A DNA stretch of 63,839 bases, the filler included. It is 3 parts of 3 records of this genome, joined end to end, with 100 filler letters (N's around TTAATTAATTAA, not from the genome) between each part and the next. Parts side by side here need not be neighbours in the genome. Positions count along the whole stretch, not along the records: positions 30,222 to 58,598 come from SRR31156797_9847; 2 more parts are not named here. One strand, written 5' to 3'. A program made the translations under genes and the position numbers. Within the stretch, counting starts at the first letter, position 1. Each line of letters begins with the position of its first letter. The notes beneath the pieces were generated by a model. That model did not search any database and was not told where the DNA came from. It worked only from the letters and a program-made list of their open reading frames with translations. Below, piece after piece: positions 44,783-54,860 of this stretch.

Positions 44783-44790
44783 TAAATTTG
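44783..44790 (+). promoter_or_regulatory. -7 element upstream of folC
   Basis: TAAATTTG about 25 nt before the ATG. Confidence 0.55.
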
Positions 44791-44813
44791 TAGCAAATTT
44801 TATCAACCGCTTT

Positions 44814-46106
44814 ATGAACTACGAAGAAACATTAACATTTCTTTACTCACAACTCCCTATGTATCAAAGACAAGGGGATTCTGCCTACAAAGCAGATTTA
44901 ACAATTACTTTACAACTAGATGAGCATTTTCGTCACCCACATAATCAATATTCCACTATTCATGTTGCAGGTACTAATGGTAAAGGATCAGTGAGTCATA
45001 TGCTAGCTTCTGTATTACAAGAAGCAGGTTTTAAGGTAGGTTTGTATACATCACCTCACTTAAAGGATTTTAGAGAAAGAATTCGGATTAATGGTCAAAT
45101 GGTTGATAAAGAATTTGTAGTTCAGTTCGTTAGCAATAATCTGGAAATTATTAAGCGTATTGAACCTAGCTTTTTTGAAATTACGGCTGCGATGTCTTTC
45201 GAGTATTTTGCACGTGAAAAGGTAGATGTGGCTGTTATTGAGACAGGTATGGGAGGTCGATTAGATTCCACTAACATTATTAATCCGGTAATTAGCATTA
45301 TAACAAATATTGGATTGGATCATACTAAGTTTCTGGGAAATACAATTGAAAAAATAGCTGTCGAAAAAGCAGGTATTATTAAAAAGGAAACTCCAGTAAT
45401 CATTGGACAAAAGCAAAAAGAAACAACAGAGATTTATGCTAAAAAATCTCAGGAGTTAGCTGCACCAGTGCATATAGCTGGAGATAGATTTGAGGTTATT
45501 GATATAAAGTCAAAGCCACCGTATTCGAAGCAAAAAATTACTCTTTTTGACAGGTTTATTAATGAAAATATTGAATGGGAAATTGATTTAGCCGGTGAAT
45601 ATCAGGCATATAATCTTATTACAGTATTAAGTGCATTGGATTTACTATCTTGTCATTTTAAGCATTCATTAGAACATAAGGTGAATGGGCTAAGAAATGT
45701 TCGTACAAATACGGGTCTAGCTGGAAGGTGGGAGATCTTAAATAAAGCTCCACTCATAATTGCTGATACTGCTCACAATAAAGAAGGATTGGAACTTGTG
45801 CTTAAACAAATTGAAGATATCAGTTTTAATAAACGTCACATCGTGATGGGAGTTGTTGACGATAAGAACCTGGAAACTATTCTTCCAATGTTTCCCAAAA
45901 AAGCTCATTATTATTTTTGTAAAGCTAATATTCCAAGAGCTTTAGATGAGAAATTATTAAAAAATATTGCCTTTGAGCATGGTTTACAAGGTGAAAGTTT
46001 TGGTAGTGTTCAGGAAGCATTCCAGGCTGCCAAATCAGTAGCCCTATCTAATGATCTTATTTTCGTTGGAGGTAGTACATTTACTGTAGCTGAGGTTTTA
46101 CCTTAA
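44814..46106 (+). CDS. folC: Bifunctional folylpolyglutamate synthase/dihydrofolate synthase
   Basis: HVAGTNGKGS, YTSPHL..FRERI, ETGMGGRLDSTN and D.AHN. Confidence 0.96.
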   Translation: MNYEETLTFLYSQLPMYQRQGDSAYKADLTITLQLDEHFRHPHNQYSTIHVAGTNGKGSVSHMLASVLQEAGFKVGLYTSPHLKDFRERIRINGQMVDKEFVVQFVSNNLEIIKRIEPSFFEITAAMSFEYFAREKVDVAVIETGMGGRLDSTNIINPVISIITNIGLDHTKFLGNTIEKIAVEKAGIIKKETPVIIGQKQKETTEIYAKKSQELAAPVHIAGDRFEVIDIKSKPPYSKQKITLFDRFINENIEWEIDLAGEYQAYNLITVLSALDLLSCHFKHSLEHKVNGLRNVRTNTGLAGRWEILNKAPLIIADTAHNKEGLELVLKQIEDISFNKRHIVMGVVDDKNLETILPMFPKKAHYYFCKANIPRALDEKLLKNIAFEHGLQGESFGSVQEAFQAAKSVALSNDLIFVGGSTFTVAEVLP

Positions 46107-46121
46107 CCTAAAATTTATATA

Positions 46122-47276
46122 ATGAAACTTAAAACGCTATATTATAGACTTTTATTTACAATAATATTGGCGTTTTTTGTTGTACTGCCAATTCAAAGTT
46201 TTTCACAAAAAGATTCAATAAAAATTAGTATTCTTACTGCTTCACAAGGTACTCAATCTCATAGTATTTTTGGTCATACTGCATTAAGAGTTAGAGATTT
46301 AAATCAAAATACAGATATCGTTTATAATTTTGGATTATTTGATTTTGACACCCCAATGTTCTTTTACAAATTTCTTGCAGGAAAGTTGCTTTATAATCTT
46401 GGAAGTCACAGTTATATGGATTTCCTTACAATCTATGCTTCCAAAAACAGAGGGGTATGGGAGCAGCATCTTGACCTTAAAACAAAGACAAAGCGTAGAA
46501 TCTCAGATACATTAAAGTATCTTATTAAACCTCAGAACAAATATTATCATTATGAGTTTTTTGATAAAAACTGTACTTCCCAAATTAGAGATATACTTTT
46601 AGAAACCATAAAAATATCAGATTCATTTTCAAAAATAACTGTATCCGGAACATATCGCGATATGCTTAATTATTACTTAAATAACAGGCCCTGGTACAAG
46701 CTCGGTATTAATTTAATTACAGGTACTTATGTGGATAAGGAACTTAGTTATGTAGAATCAATGGCATTGCCTGATATGTTGAAGGATGAGCTTAATCAGC
46801 TACAAATAAATAGAAAACCAATTGTTTATAAGCAGCACGTCGTCATTCAATATAAACCAGGACGAAATATTACAGGGAAGATTTTTTCACCTTTTTCATT
46901 ATTTACACTGCTTTTGATTGTTTACCTTTTTACAAAATGGCGATGGATTGCTATAATATCTATATTGTTTGTAGCAATAGTTGGCTCAATTTTAACATTT
47001 TTATGGGCTATAACAGAACATATCGACTTGCAGAATAATTATGATTTGCTAATTGCTAATCCATTCTATTTTATGCTTCTTTTTATTACATTTTTAAAAG
47101 AGAGAATAACCATCTATCTTGCTTTCACTTTGCTGATATTATTGCTTTTAAGGGCTGTAATTTCAATGATAGGAATTCAGGAGTTAGATTATGCTTTTAT
47201 TCCTATAATTTTACTCAACGCATTTGTTTTGATTGAAATAATCAAGAAAAAGAGGTTAAAAATACATCAAGCTTAG
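46122..47276 (+). CDS. DUF4105 membrane protein (Lnb-like lipoprotein N-acyltransferase)
   Basis: FGHTALRV, YNFG.F and Y.Y.FF..NCT, followed by multiple C-terminal TM helices. Confidence 0.8.
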   Translation: MKLKTLYYRLLFTIILAFFVVLPIQSFSQKDSIKISILTASQGTQSHSIFGHTALRVRDLNQNTDIVYNFGLFDFDTPMFFYKFLAGKLLYNLGSHSYMDFLTIYASKNRGVWEQHLDLKTKTKRRISDTLKYLIKPQNKYYHYEFFDKNCTSQIRDILLETIKISDSFSKITVSGTYRDMLNYYLNNRPWYKLGINLITGTYVDKELSYVESMALPDMLKDELNQLQINRKPIVYKQHVVIQYKPGRNITGKIFSPFSLFTLLLIVYLFTKWRWIAIISILFVAIVGSILTFLWAITEHIDLQNNYDLLIANPFYFMLLFITFLKERITIYLAFTLLILLLLRAVISMIGIQELDYAFIPIILLNAFVLIEIIKKKRLKIHQA

Positions 47277-49034
47277 AATTGCTATTGTAACCGCCATATA
47301 GAGGATTGTGAGTGGAAATCCTATAACAAAGAAGTCTCGGAAAGTATAGCGACCAGGTCCATAAACCATTAAGTTAGTTTGGTATCCGTGCGGAGTGATA
47401 AAATTAGCTGCAGCTGCAAAGGCTACAACTAGAATAAAAGGCATCGGATTAAGGTCCAAATTAGCGGCTAGAGTTAACGAAATGGGGAACACAAGAGCCA
47501 CAGCTGCTTTGTTTGTTATATAAGCTGCTAAAATGGCTGTGACGAGATAAATACCTGCAAGCAAGGCGACATGTCCCCATGGCAGAAAAGCCTCAATTAA
47601 TAAATTAGCAAACATATCGGCTACACCTGTCTTTAACATGGCATTGCCAAGTGCAATGGCCAGCGCAATAATTAGAATCAGGTTGTAATCTATACTTTTA
47701 TGTAAATCCTTGGGACTGGTAATTTTAAAAGGTAATAGCATAAGCAATAATACCATTATTCCCATAAAAAGCGGTATCACCCTAAATGCAGAAAGCATTA
47801 TGGCTAAAAATGTACCCCCTAAAAGAAGTGTAGTTCTAAAAACACCTAATCTGCGCACCTCTTTTATTTGGGAGATGTAATAAACATCTGAACTATAAGT
47901 AATACGCTCAGCAAAAAGATCATCAGCAAGTAAAAGTAATACATCACCAGCTTTAATTCTTACATCATCCACAACTCCGGTTAATCGCTCTCCATTTCTG
48001 TGTATGGCAATCAAAGCTGCATTAAATTTGGCCCTGAAATTAATTTGCTGAACTTCTTTTGATATTAGAGTAGAATTATGTGAAACAACTACTTCAACAA
48101 GTTCTGTCTTACTTTTATGCTTTAGCATACCCACTTTTGGAAACGTTAAGCCACTTGTGTCGCTCAACAAATCCGCTACATTAGCTGATTCAGCAGCAAA
48201 TCGCAGCAAATCATTTTCTTTAAGCACTAATCCTTCACCACTGACTTTAATTACTTGCTCATCACGTATTATCTCAAATAAAAACAACCCTTCAATTCCC
48301 ACAAGTCCTGACTTTTGAATTGGCACATCAATTAAATGGGATTTAGGTCTTAATTGAGCTTCTACAATAAACTTTCTTGATGAACGGCTTATATCTGAAA
48401 GTGCATCTTTATTCCATGGTAATAATTTGTTACTAAATAATGCCAGATAAATATAGCCCAGTATCAACATTGGAACGCCAACCCAGGCAAAATCAAACAT
48501 ATTCAAAGCTTCCAGGTTAGGGATGATACTTTGATCTTGCACAAAACCACTAACAATAAGGTTTGTAGAAGTACCAATTAGTGTAATACAGCCTCCTAGA
48601 ATTGCAGCAAAAGAGAGTGGTATAAGTAATTTAGATGGACTTTCATTATGTTTTTTAGACCAATTGTGCACAAAAGGCATCATAATGGCTACAAGTGGTG
48701 TATTGTTTAAAAAAGCAGAGAAAAATCCAACCATTATCATCATTCGGTTTCTAAACCTCGAAACCGTATCAGCTTTTTTAAATATCCGCTCGAATGCAAT
48801 TTCAATGACAGAGGTCCGTCTTATAATATCGCCAATTAATATAAGTAAAATTATAACTGCCAACTGTTCATTGGCAAAACCTGCCAGAATTTCAGAAGGA
48901 GAGAGGACGCCGAAAATTCCAAGAAATACGACAGCAACCAAAAAGGTATAGGCAGGTCCAATCCATTCTAAATATAAGCTCAATAGAATGAATACTACAG
49001 CAATAACTACTAAAGTCCCACCAAATAAATCCAT
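47256..49034 (-). CDS. SLC13/DASS-family permease with TrkA-C domains
   Basis: SAFLNNTP.V, GG.ITLIGTSTNL and TP.GYQTNLMVYGPG.Y.F.DF; central RCK-C repeats. Confidence 0.93.
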   Translation of the reverse strand: MDLFGGTLVVIAVVFILLSLYLEWIGPAYTFLVAVVFLGIFGVLSPSEILAGFANEQLAVIILLILIGDIIRRTSVIEIAFERIFKKADTVSRFRNRMMIMVGFFSAFLNNTPLVAIMMPFVHNWSKKHNESPSKLLIPLSFAAILGGCITLIGTSTNLIVSGFVQDQSIIPNLEALNMFDFAWVGVPMLILGYIYLALFSNKLLPWNKDALSDISRSSRKFIVEAQLRPKSHLIDVPIQKSGLVGIEGLFLFEIIRDEQVIKVSGEGLVLKENDLLRFAAESANVADLLSDTSGLTFPKVGMLKHKSKTELVEVVVSHNSTLISKEVQQINFRAKFNAALIAIHRNGERLTGVVDDVRIKAGDVLLLLADDLFAERITYSSDVYYISQIKEVRRLGVFRTTLLLGGTFLAIMLSAFRVIPLFMGIMVLLLMLLPFKITSPKDLHKSIDYNLILIIALAIALGNAMLKTGVADMFANLLIEAFLPWGHVALLAGIYLVTAILAAYITNKAAVALVFPISLTLAANLDLNPMPFILVVAFAAAANFITPHGYQTNLMVYGPGRYTFRDFFVIGFPLTILYMAVTIAILSLMYF

Positions 49035-49039
49035 TTAAA

Positions 49040-51079
49040 CTATTTTTGTTCGACAACTGGTCTTAGCAGGTAATTCCTTTGAAAATTAAGCAGAATCATA
49101 TTATCATTTATAAACCCACTTTCAGTATCCAATCTTTTAAAATCAAAATTCATTTGTAATAAATCAGGGTAGTATCTGTCGAAACAGCAGCAGAATTTAT
49201 CTCCAAATAATTGGAATGCATGTAAGAAATAATAGGAAATATCATATCCGTAGAATGCATATTTTTCAGGTTCCTTTTCAAATATTTTGCGGAATTTATA
49301 GACAAATTCTCTTACATCTTTTTCTTTGTAATCTATATAATTTAGATTGAAAACATGTGTATTAAGGTTGTGAAAAAACCTGGCATCAATATTTTCATAG
49401 TTCATCATGCGAGGGTGGCCTATCAAAGTGATTTGATGAGACTCGTTTAGTGTATTTAGTCTTGATATTACATCACTTACAAAAGCTTTGTCAGAACTTG
49501 GTATAATCACCAAATTATGCAAGCTATCTACAAATGAGTCTAGAGTAAGTTCTTCATCCCCAGCATAAAATGTCACTTCTGCATATCGGAGATGCGAAAT
49601 TTCATCGATCGATTTTCCTTTGAAATAAGCTTCTTTGAATTCTTTTGCAAATCTTTCATTGGGTTTATTCCCATTCTTAATAATTATGAAATTATCAGCA
49701 TTAAATGACTTAGCTGTTTCAATCATTCTATCATACAAGAATGTATTTGAGGGACTTACCTGAAATCCGGTTTTGAATTCCTTTAAAAAATCGGTTGAAA
49801 TACTCAATGGGCTAATTAATGGAATATTGAACTTTTGAGCCCTTTCAGCAATTATTTCAATATTCTTGCTATAAACAGGTCCTATAATTAGATTAAAATA
49901 TGGGAAAAGATCTTGTTGAGCTAATTCCTTTACTTTTGAAGTATCATTTTCAGTATCAAAAACATGTAATTCAACTGATAATCCTTTCTTTCGTAATTCA
50001 TCAACCGCTAAAAGGGTTCCTTCATAAAAATCGAGGAATATGCGAGATCGATTATAGATTTTCGGATAATTAGATGATATGTTTAGGGTATCATTCGTAT
50101 AACCATATAAGGGCAACATTAGGGCAACTTGAATCTTATCCTGACCGCCTGATTCTGGACAATCGCATGTATCAATAACTAATGTTTTTCGTACTGTATC
50201 ACTGTCTAAAGTCTTTTCAGGTTGAGAGATAGTAATTTTATCTTTTGGTAATTTAATATACTCACCTGCAAGAAGCTCTCTTTCATTGAGTTGAGGGTTA
50301 TATTCTTTTATTAATTCCTTTTCAATTTTATACAATTGAGCAATGGAGAATAGTGTTTCTTTCTTTTTTACATTATGGTAAATGAATTGCTTATCTTCTT
50401 CAACTGGTTTATCAACAGCTAAATTGATTTGCTCAAGTGGAATTTTAAGAACTTCTCCTTTAGGTATGTTATTCGGATCAAGATTACTATTTGCCTTTTT
50501 TAACCTTTTTTCTTTTACCCCGTATTTTTTGGCTAGCGAATAAAATGTATCTCCGCTATCAACAATGTGATAAATAAAGTTATCGTCTTTTAAAACTTTT
50601 ACAATGGTTGTGTCCGGGGCAATTGGTAGAAATATCTTTTGGCCACGATAAATAGCGTCCTGAGAACCGGGGTTCAAAGAATAAAGCTCATCAAGGGAGA
50701 TATTGTATTTTCTGGCAATTGAGAATGCTGTTTCTCCTGAATCCACAATGTGCATCGGAGGATCCTTCTTTATTGTTGGTTCTGGTTTTGTAGCACTTTG
50801 TATTTTCCATACAGGAATTTTGACAGGCTGACCGATCTTTAAACCTTCAGCTTTAATATTAAAGTTCTCTTTTTCAATATCTTCTACAGTAACATTGTAA
50901 GCTCTGGCTATTCTATATAATGTTTGTTTTTTCTTAACGATGTGTATATAAAACTCTTTACCGGAAATTATAACTTTATTATTACTCTTATCAACAACAA
51001 TTTCTTCTTGGGAAAAAACGTAGCTTTGCGTTATCAAAGTAATAATTAGCAATAAAATAAGCGACTTTACCAATCTCAT
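49040..51079 (-). CDS. Four-LysM protein with C-terminal type-1 periplasmic-binding-like domain
   Basis: Four H.V..(G/K)(E/D/Q)T.(F/Y).(I/L)A..Y repeats; VALMLP...FYEG.LLA...IIGPVY...GYD. Confidence 0.88.
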   Translation of the reverse strand: MRLVKSLILLLIITLITQSYVFSQEEIVVDKSNNKVIISGKEFYIHIVKKKQTLYRIARAYNVTVEDIEKENFNIKAEGLKIGQPVKIPVWKIQSATKPEPTIKKDPPMHIVDSGETAFSIARKYNISLDELYSLNPGSQDAIYRGQKIFLPIAPDTTIVKVLKDDNFIYHIVDSGDTFYSLAKKYGVKEKRLKKANSNLDPNNIPKGEVLKIPLEQINLAVDKPVEEDKQFIYHNVKKKETLFSIAQLYKIEKELIKEYNPQLNERELLAGEYIKLPKDKITISQPEKTLDSDTVRKTLVIDTCDCPESGGQDKIQVALMLPLYGYTNDTLNISSNYPKIYNRSRIFLDFYEGTLLAVDELRKKGLSVELHVFDTENDTSKVKELAQQDLFPYFNLIIGPVYSKNIEIIAERAQKFNIPLISPLSISTDFLKEFKTGFQVSPSNTFLYDRMIETAKSFNADNFIIIKNGNKPNERFAKEFKEAYFKGKSIDEISHLRYAEVTFYAGDEELTLDSFVDSLHNLVIIPSSDKAFVSDVISRLNTLNESHQITLIGHPRMMNYENIDARFFHNLNTHVFNLNYIDYKEKDVREFVYKFRKIFEKEPEKYAFYGYDISYYFLHAFQLFGDKFCCCFDRYYPDLLQMNFDFKRLDTESGFINDNMILLNFQRNYLLRPVVEQK

Positions 51080-51194
51080 CCGAACGTATTTTATAGTAAT
51101 ACAATTTAGAGGTTCAAACCTACATATTTTTTTTTATTTGTCCTCAGAAAATGTGCTGTTATTAGCCTTTGCAAGAGAGAAAAATTTATGTAAT

Positions 51195-51285
51195 GTGAAA
51201 TTTGGTTAATTGAGTAAATGAGTTGTTTGGTTAATTGAGTAATAGGGCAATCAACTTAATAACTTAATAACCAAATTAACTAAAC
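51195..51285. repeat. Octamer-like short tandem repeats in inverted arrangement
   Basis: TTTGGTTAATTGAGTAA twice (51201-51217, 51226-51242), then caatcaac-ttaataac-ttaataac-caaattaac-taaac. Confidence 0.65.
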
Positions 51286-51287
51286 AT

Positions 51288-51374
51288 ATAAAAAGAAAGA
51301 GCCCGGTCATCGGGGAGATGCCGGGACTCCATCACTAACTAAATTACTGCATATGAAAAAATAGCCATGAATCA
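51288..51374 (-). ncRNA. Candidate sigma54-dependent small RNA (~85 nt)
   Basis: Bounded by a -24/-12 promoter and an intrinsic terminator, with no convincing translated ORF. Confidence 0.5.
51290..51330 (-). terminator. Intrinsic terminator
   Basis: Minus strand GGAGTCCCGGCATC-TCCCC-GATGACCGGGCTC-TTTCTTTTT. Confidence 0.8.
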
Positions 51375-51384
51375 TCTTAATAAA

Positions 51385-51401
51385 TACAATTCCTGTGCCA
51401 A
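51385..51401 (-). promoter_or_regulatory. Sigma54 (-24/-12) promoter
   Basis: Minus strand TTGGCACAGGAATTGTA against consensus TGGCAC-N5-TTGC; GG and GT are correctly spaced. Confidence 0.65.
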
Positions 51402-51404
51402 AAA

Positions 51405-51716
51405 TTACAAATATAGATCATCATCAGTGTAAGTATTTTCAAAATAAAATGATCTTCTGATTTCTAGTATATTATCAATCATATTGATCGAAGCAATTGC
51501 CTGTTCATTATTTTTATCTACTTCTAAAACTTTATTATAGATGTTCAGTGCATCACCATATTGTTGCTTTTTAGTTTCAATTTTACCTAATAATAAAAGT
51601 GCTTCAATATTCTGATTGTCTGAAGATAACAATTCTATAATTTGATTATGCGCTTCTTCGAGTTTATATTCCTCAATTAAGTTTTTTATTATTTCAATAG
51701 TTTGATGATTATCCAT
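51405..51716 (-). CDS. Small TPR protein
   Basis: ALLLLGKIE..KQQYGDALNIYNKVLEVDKNN TPR motif. Confidence 0.8.
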   Translation of the reverse strand: MDNHQTIEIIKNLIEEYKLEEAHNQIIELLSSDNQNIEALLLLGKIETKKQQYGDALNIYNKVLEVDKNNEQAIASINMIDNILEIRRSFYFENTYTDDDLYL

Positions 51717-51781
51717 ATCTTTATAAAATTAATAGCTAAACCTTATAACAAAATATTTGTTTAGTTTAAAAATAGCCCAAA

Positions 51782-52156
51782 ATGAGCATTTATATTCACG
51801 ACGGAACATCAGATTTACCTGAGATTACATTGGACAAAAGCGATGCCACTTTTGAAATTTCAGGAGCTTCTTTCCCAGAAGATGCAAGAGAATTCTATGC
51901 GCCAGTATTAGAATGGATTGACGATTTCCGCAACGATCCGCTTGATGAACTTAGCCTATGTTTCAAATTAACATACTACAATACTTCTTCATCTAAAATA
52001 ATTCATTCCATATTCGAGAAATTTGAAGCTCTTTATGAGTCTGGTTGTAAAATTAGCATTAAATGGCATTATGAGGAGGATGACGAAGATATGTATGAGG
52101 CAGGTTTAGGCTATAGAGATCGAATTGATATCCCATTTGAACTTATTGAAATGTAA
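51782..52156 (+). CDS. SiaC-family (DUF1987) protein
   Basis: I.G.S.PEDA..FY.P...W, YYNTSSSK and W.YE.DDEDM.E.G. Confidence 0.88.
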   Translation: MSIYIHDGTSDLPEITLDKSDATFEISGASFPEDAREFYAPVLEWIDDFRNDPLDELSLCFKLTYYNTSSSKIIHSIFEKFEALYESGCKISIKWHYEEDDEDMYEAGLGYRDRIDIPFELIEM

Positions 52157-52159
52157 TGT

Positions 52160-53536
52160 ATGTCTGAATTTCAATCATTATTACGCAAACAATCAGTTTT
52201 TTTTCGTGAAGAATCTTTTATTTCAATAGAATTTAGGCTGAAAATGCTTGAAAAATTAAAGAATTCTATTCGAAATAATGAAGATCGAATTAATGAAGCT
52301 CTTAAAAACGATCTTGGCAAAAGTGCATTTGAGTCTTTTACAACTGAAATAGGTTATGTGCTGCATGAAATAGATCATGTGAAGAAAAACCTTAAAAAAT
52401 GGGCCAAAAGAAAGAAGGTCAAAACACCTCAAAAAATATTTTTTTACAGTAAAAGCTATATTGAACCAAAACCAAGAGGGCAGGTATTGATATTTGCGCC
52501 CTGGAATTACCCATTTCAATTAGTAATGTCACCTCTTGTTGGAGCAATTGCAGCAGGAAATACTGTAGTTGTGAAACCTTCTGAATATGCTGAAAATACG
52601 GCTAGTATTTTGGAAGAAATAATAACAGAGATCTTTCCAGATAAGTATGTGGCTGTAATAAGAGGAGATGCTAAAGTTTCTCAGGAATTGTCTGAATTAG
52701 ATTGGGATATGGTATTTTTTACCGGATCTACAAAAGTGGGTAAAAAAGTATATGAAAATGCAGCAAAGAATTTAACTCCGGTATTGCTTGAATTAGGAGG
52801 AAAATGCCCGGTGATTCTTCATAAAGACGCCAATTTAAAGGTTTCAGCAAGAAGATTAGTTTGGGCTAAATTTATGAATGCCGGTCAAACATGTGTAGCT
52901 CCCGATTATTTACTTGTACACAAAAGTATTAAAGATAAGACAGTTAAGTCCTTACATAAAGAAATAGAACTTCAATTAGGGCAAAATACTAAAGATTCAG
53001 CAGCATTTGCCAGAATTGTTAATTCTATACATTTCGAGCGTCTTCAAAAGCTATTAGAGCAAACAGAAATACTATTTGGTGGAGAATTAGATCCAGAGCA
53101 ATTGTTTATTTCACCAACACTAGTGAATGAACCTTCTGTATCGCATCCATTAATGCAGGAAGAAATTTTTGGACCTATTTTACCCATTATTTCTTATGAG
53201 AAAATTGAAGATGCCATTATGTTTGTAAATCGCAACCACCCGCCATTAGCTGTGTATGCCTTTTGTTCCTCTAATAAAACTTTTGATTTTGTTGAACGAC
53301 ACACTATGAGTGGTGCCATTGTCAAGAATGAAGCTATTATGCAATTGGCTAATATCAACTTACCATTTGGAGGAGTAAGACAAAGTGGAATAGGACGTTA
53401 TCATGGGAAATTTAGCTTTGAAGCTTTCTCGGAGATGCGAGCTATGCTCAAGCATTCAACCAGATTTGATCCTAAGCTAAGATATCCGCCTTATACTGAG
53501 AAGAAATGGAATCTAATTAAAAGAGCCTTAAAATAA
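52160..53536 (+). CDS. Aldehyde dehydrogenase (ALDH3-like)
   Basis: PWNYP, FTGS, LELGGKCP, GQTCVAPDY, EEIFGP and PFGG...SG.G.YHG. Confidence 0.95.
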   Translation: MSEFQSLLRKQSVFFREESFISIEFRLKMLEKLKNSIRNNEDRINEALKNDLGKSAFESFTTEIGYVLHEIDHVKKNLKKWAKRKKVKTPQKIFFYSKSYIEPKPRGQVLIFAPWNYPFQLVMSPLVGAIAAGNTVVVKPSEYAENTASILEEIITEIFPDKYVAVIRGDAKVSQELSELDWDMVFFTGSTKVGKKVYENAAKNLTPVLLELGGKCPVILHKDANLKVSARRLVWAKFMNAGQTCVAPDYLLVHKSIKDKTVKSLHKEIELQLGQNTKDSAAFARIVNSIHFERLQKLLEQTEILFGGELDPEQLFISPTLVNEPSVSHPLMQEEIFGPILPIISYEKIEDAIMFVNRNHPPLAVYAFCSSNKTFDFVERHTMSGAIVKNEAIMQLANINLPFGGVRQSGIGRYHGKFSFEAFSEMRAMLKHSTRFDPKLRYPPYTEKKWNLIKRALK

Positions 53537-53551
53537 AGTATTCCTGTAAAT

Positions 53552-54685
53552 TTACGCTGATTGAGTGGTGTTGAAAGAAGACCCATGCTCTGATTCAAGA
53601 ATATTTTGAAAAGGCTTAAATTGACTTCGAATAATAGGCCATCTGTCCGGATACAAAGAACTTAATGTTATTATTTTAGATGCATGCTTTTTTAATGCAT
53701 CTGTAATTGCAGGTGCACTAATAGGTGTGTCATAAGATTGGCCAACGTTGATACCTGTGAGCTTTTGACCTTTTTGTATGGTTCTAGATGCAGCAAGTTC
53801 TAGTTTTTCTATTAAGTCAAAGGTTCTATTATATCTGGAATCATGTTTGTTTTTATCCACAACTTCCTCATTGTTAATAGTATTAGCAATACTTACTACA
53901 TGTGATACTTCAATAGTAAATGTGTTTTGATTTGCTTCCCCAAAATTGATAAGCCATGATACAACTTCATTGATTAATTCTTTTACCAATTTTGGATTGA
54001 GAGGCTGATCAGTTAAGTATTTAATAGCTTGGTCAGATATATCAAGGTTTATTTGATTGTCCTGACCAATTTCTCTCAGATAATTTTTTAAATAACTAAT
54101 AAAAAAGTTATGTAACGACTCTTGCTTCTGAGCACTAGCCATACGTTGCTGCATATTCTGAAGATTTTGACTTACAGCATTGTCATTCATGTATTTTTCA
54201 CGTTCGTGTATTAATAAATGGTAGAGCGTATGGGCTATTAATTGCTTGTTATCTGTGGTTAATCGGCTATCTGAATTTGGTCCTGTAAGTGATTGCTCTT
54301 CATTGAAAAAAACATAAAGTAAAATGAAATTATCATTAACAGGTGGCAAATAGAGATGCAGAATACGATTTTGATATTCATCGAAAATATTAAACTGTGT
54401 TCTGGCTTGTCTATCGGATCTTAGGGGAGTTTCTGATAAGCTTATCCAACGGTAATAGTGTTTGCTATTTAATGATTTGTTAGATTTAATATCAACATTA
54501 CTTACAAATTGAGCTGTAGTACTTTGGTTATTTATCTCATATAGGCCATAAGAATCTCCAGAAGATTCATTTGTTATAAGCCATACCTTATCAACCCCGG
54601 GAAATACCTTTAGAATTGTATTCCCCAGCTCATCCTTAAGTGGCCGTTTAAAATGAAACTTAAGCATCCCTTGATTTTTAAGCAA
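53552..54685 (-). CDS. Hypothetical cytoplasmic protein, possibly with a C-terminal helical DNA-binding domain
   Basis: Long ORF with no signal peptide or TM helix; C-terminal 'LTGINVGQ....ISAPAITDALKKH' is HTH-like. The start may be ATG at 54667. Confidence 0.65.
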   Translation of the reverse strand: MLKNQGMLKFHFKRPLKDELGNTILKVFPGVDKVWLITNESSGDSYGLYEINNQSTTAQFVSNVDIKSNKSLNSKHYYRWISLSETPLRSDRQARTQFNIFDEYQNRILHLYLPPVNDNFILLYVFFNEEQSLTGPNSDSRLTTDNKQLIAHTLYHLLIHEREKYMNDNAVSQNLQNMQQRMASAQKQESLHNFFISYLKNYLREIGQDNQINLDISDQAIKYLTDQPLNPKLVKELINEVVSWLINFGEANQNTFTIEVSHVVSIANTINNEEVVDKNKHDSRYNRTFDLIEKLELAASRTIQKGQKLTGINVGQSYDTPISAPAITDALKKHASKIITLSSLYPDRWPIIRSQFKPFQNILESEHGSSFNTTQSA

Positions 54686-54850
54686 ATTTAAGTTAAAAAC
54701 TGTTTACTTAAAAATATTTCTTAATAATTAAGGTATTTTAAGTTTGCTTAAATGCACTTAATGATATAAACTATTTACTTAAAGTGCTTTACAAATAATT
54801 ACTTTCGCAATAATTTTGTGTGAGATAATAAATAATTAAGTTAAGCTTAA
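54678..54850. promoter_or_regulatory. Helically phased TTAA array in a divergent promoter region
   Basis: TTAA starts at 54678, 54688, 54708, 54728, 54738, 54748 and 54758 (exact 10-bp register) and at 54779; includes the palindrome TTAAG-tttg-CTTAA; -7 element TAATTTTG at 54811-54818. Confidence 0.55.
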
Positions 54851-54860
54851 ATATATAGCC

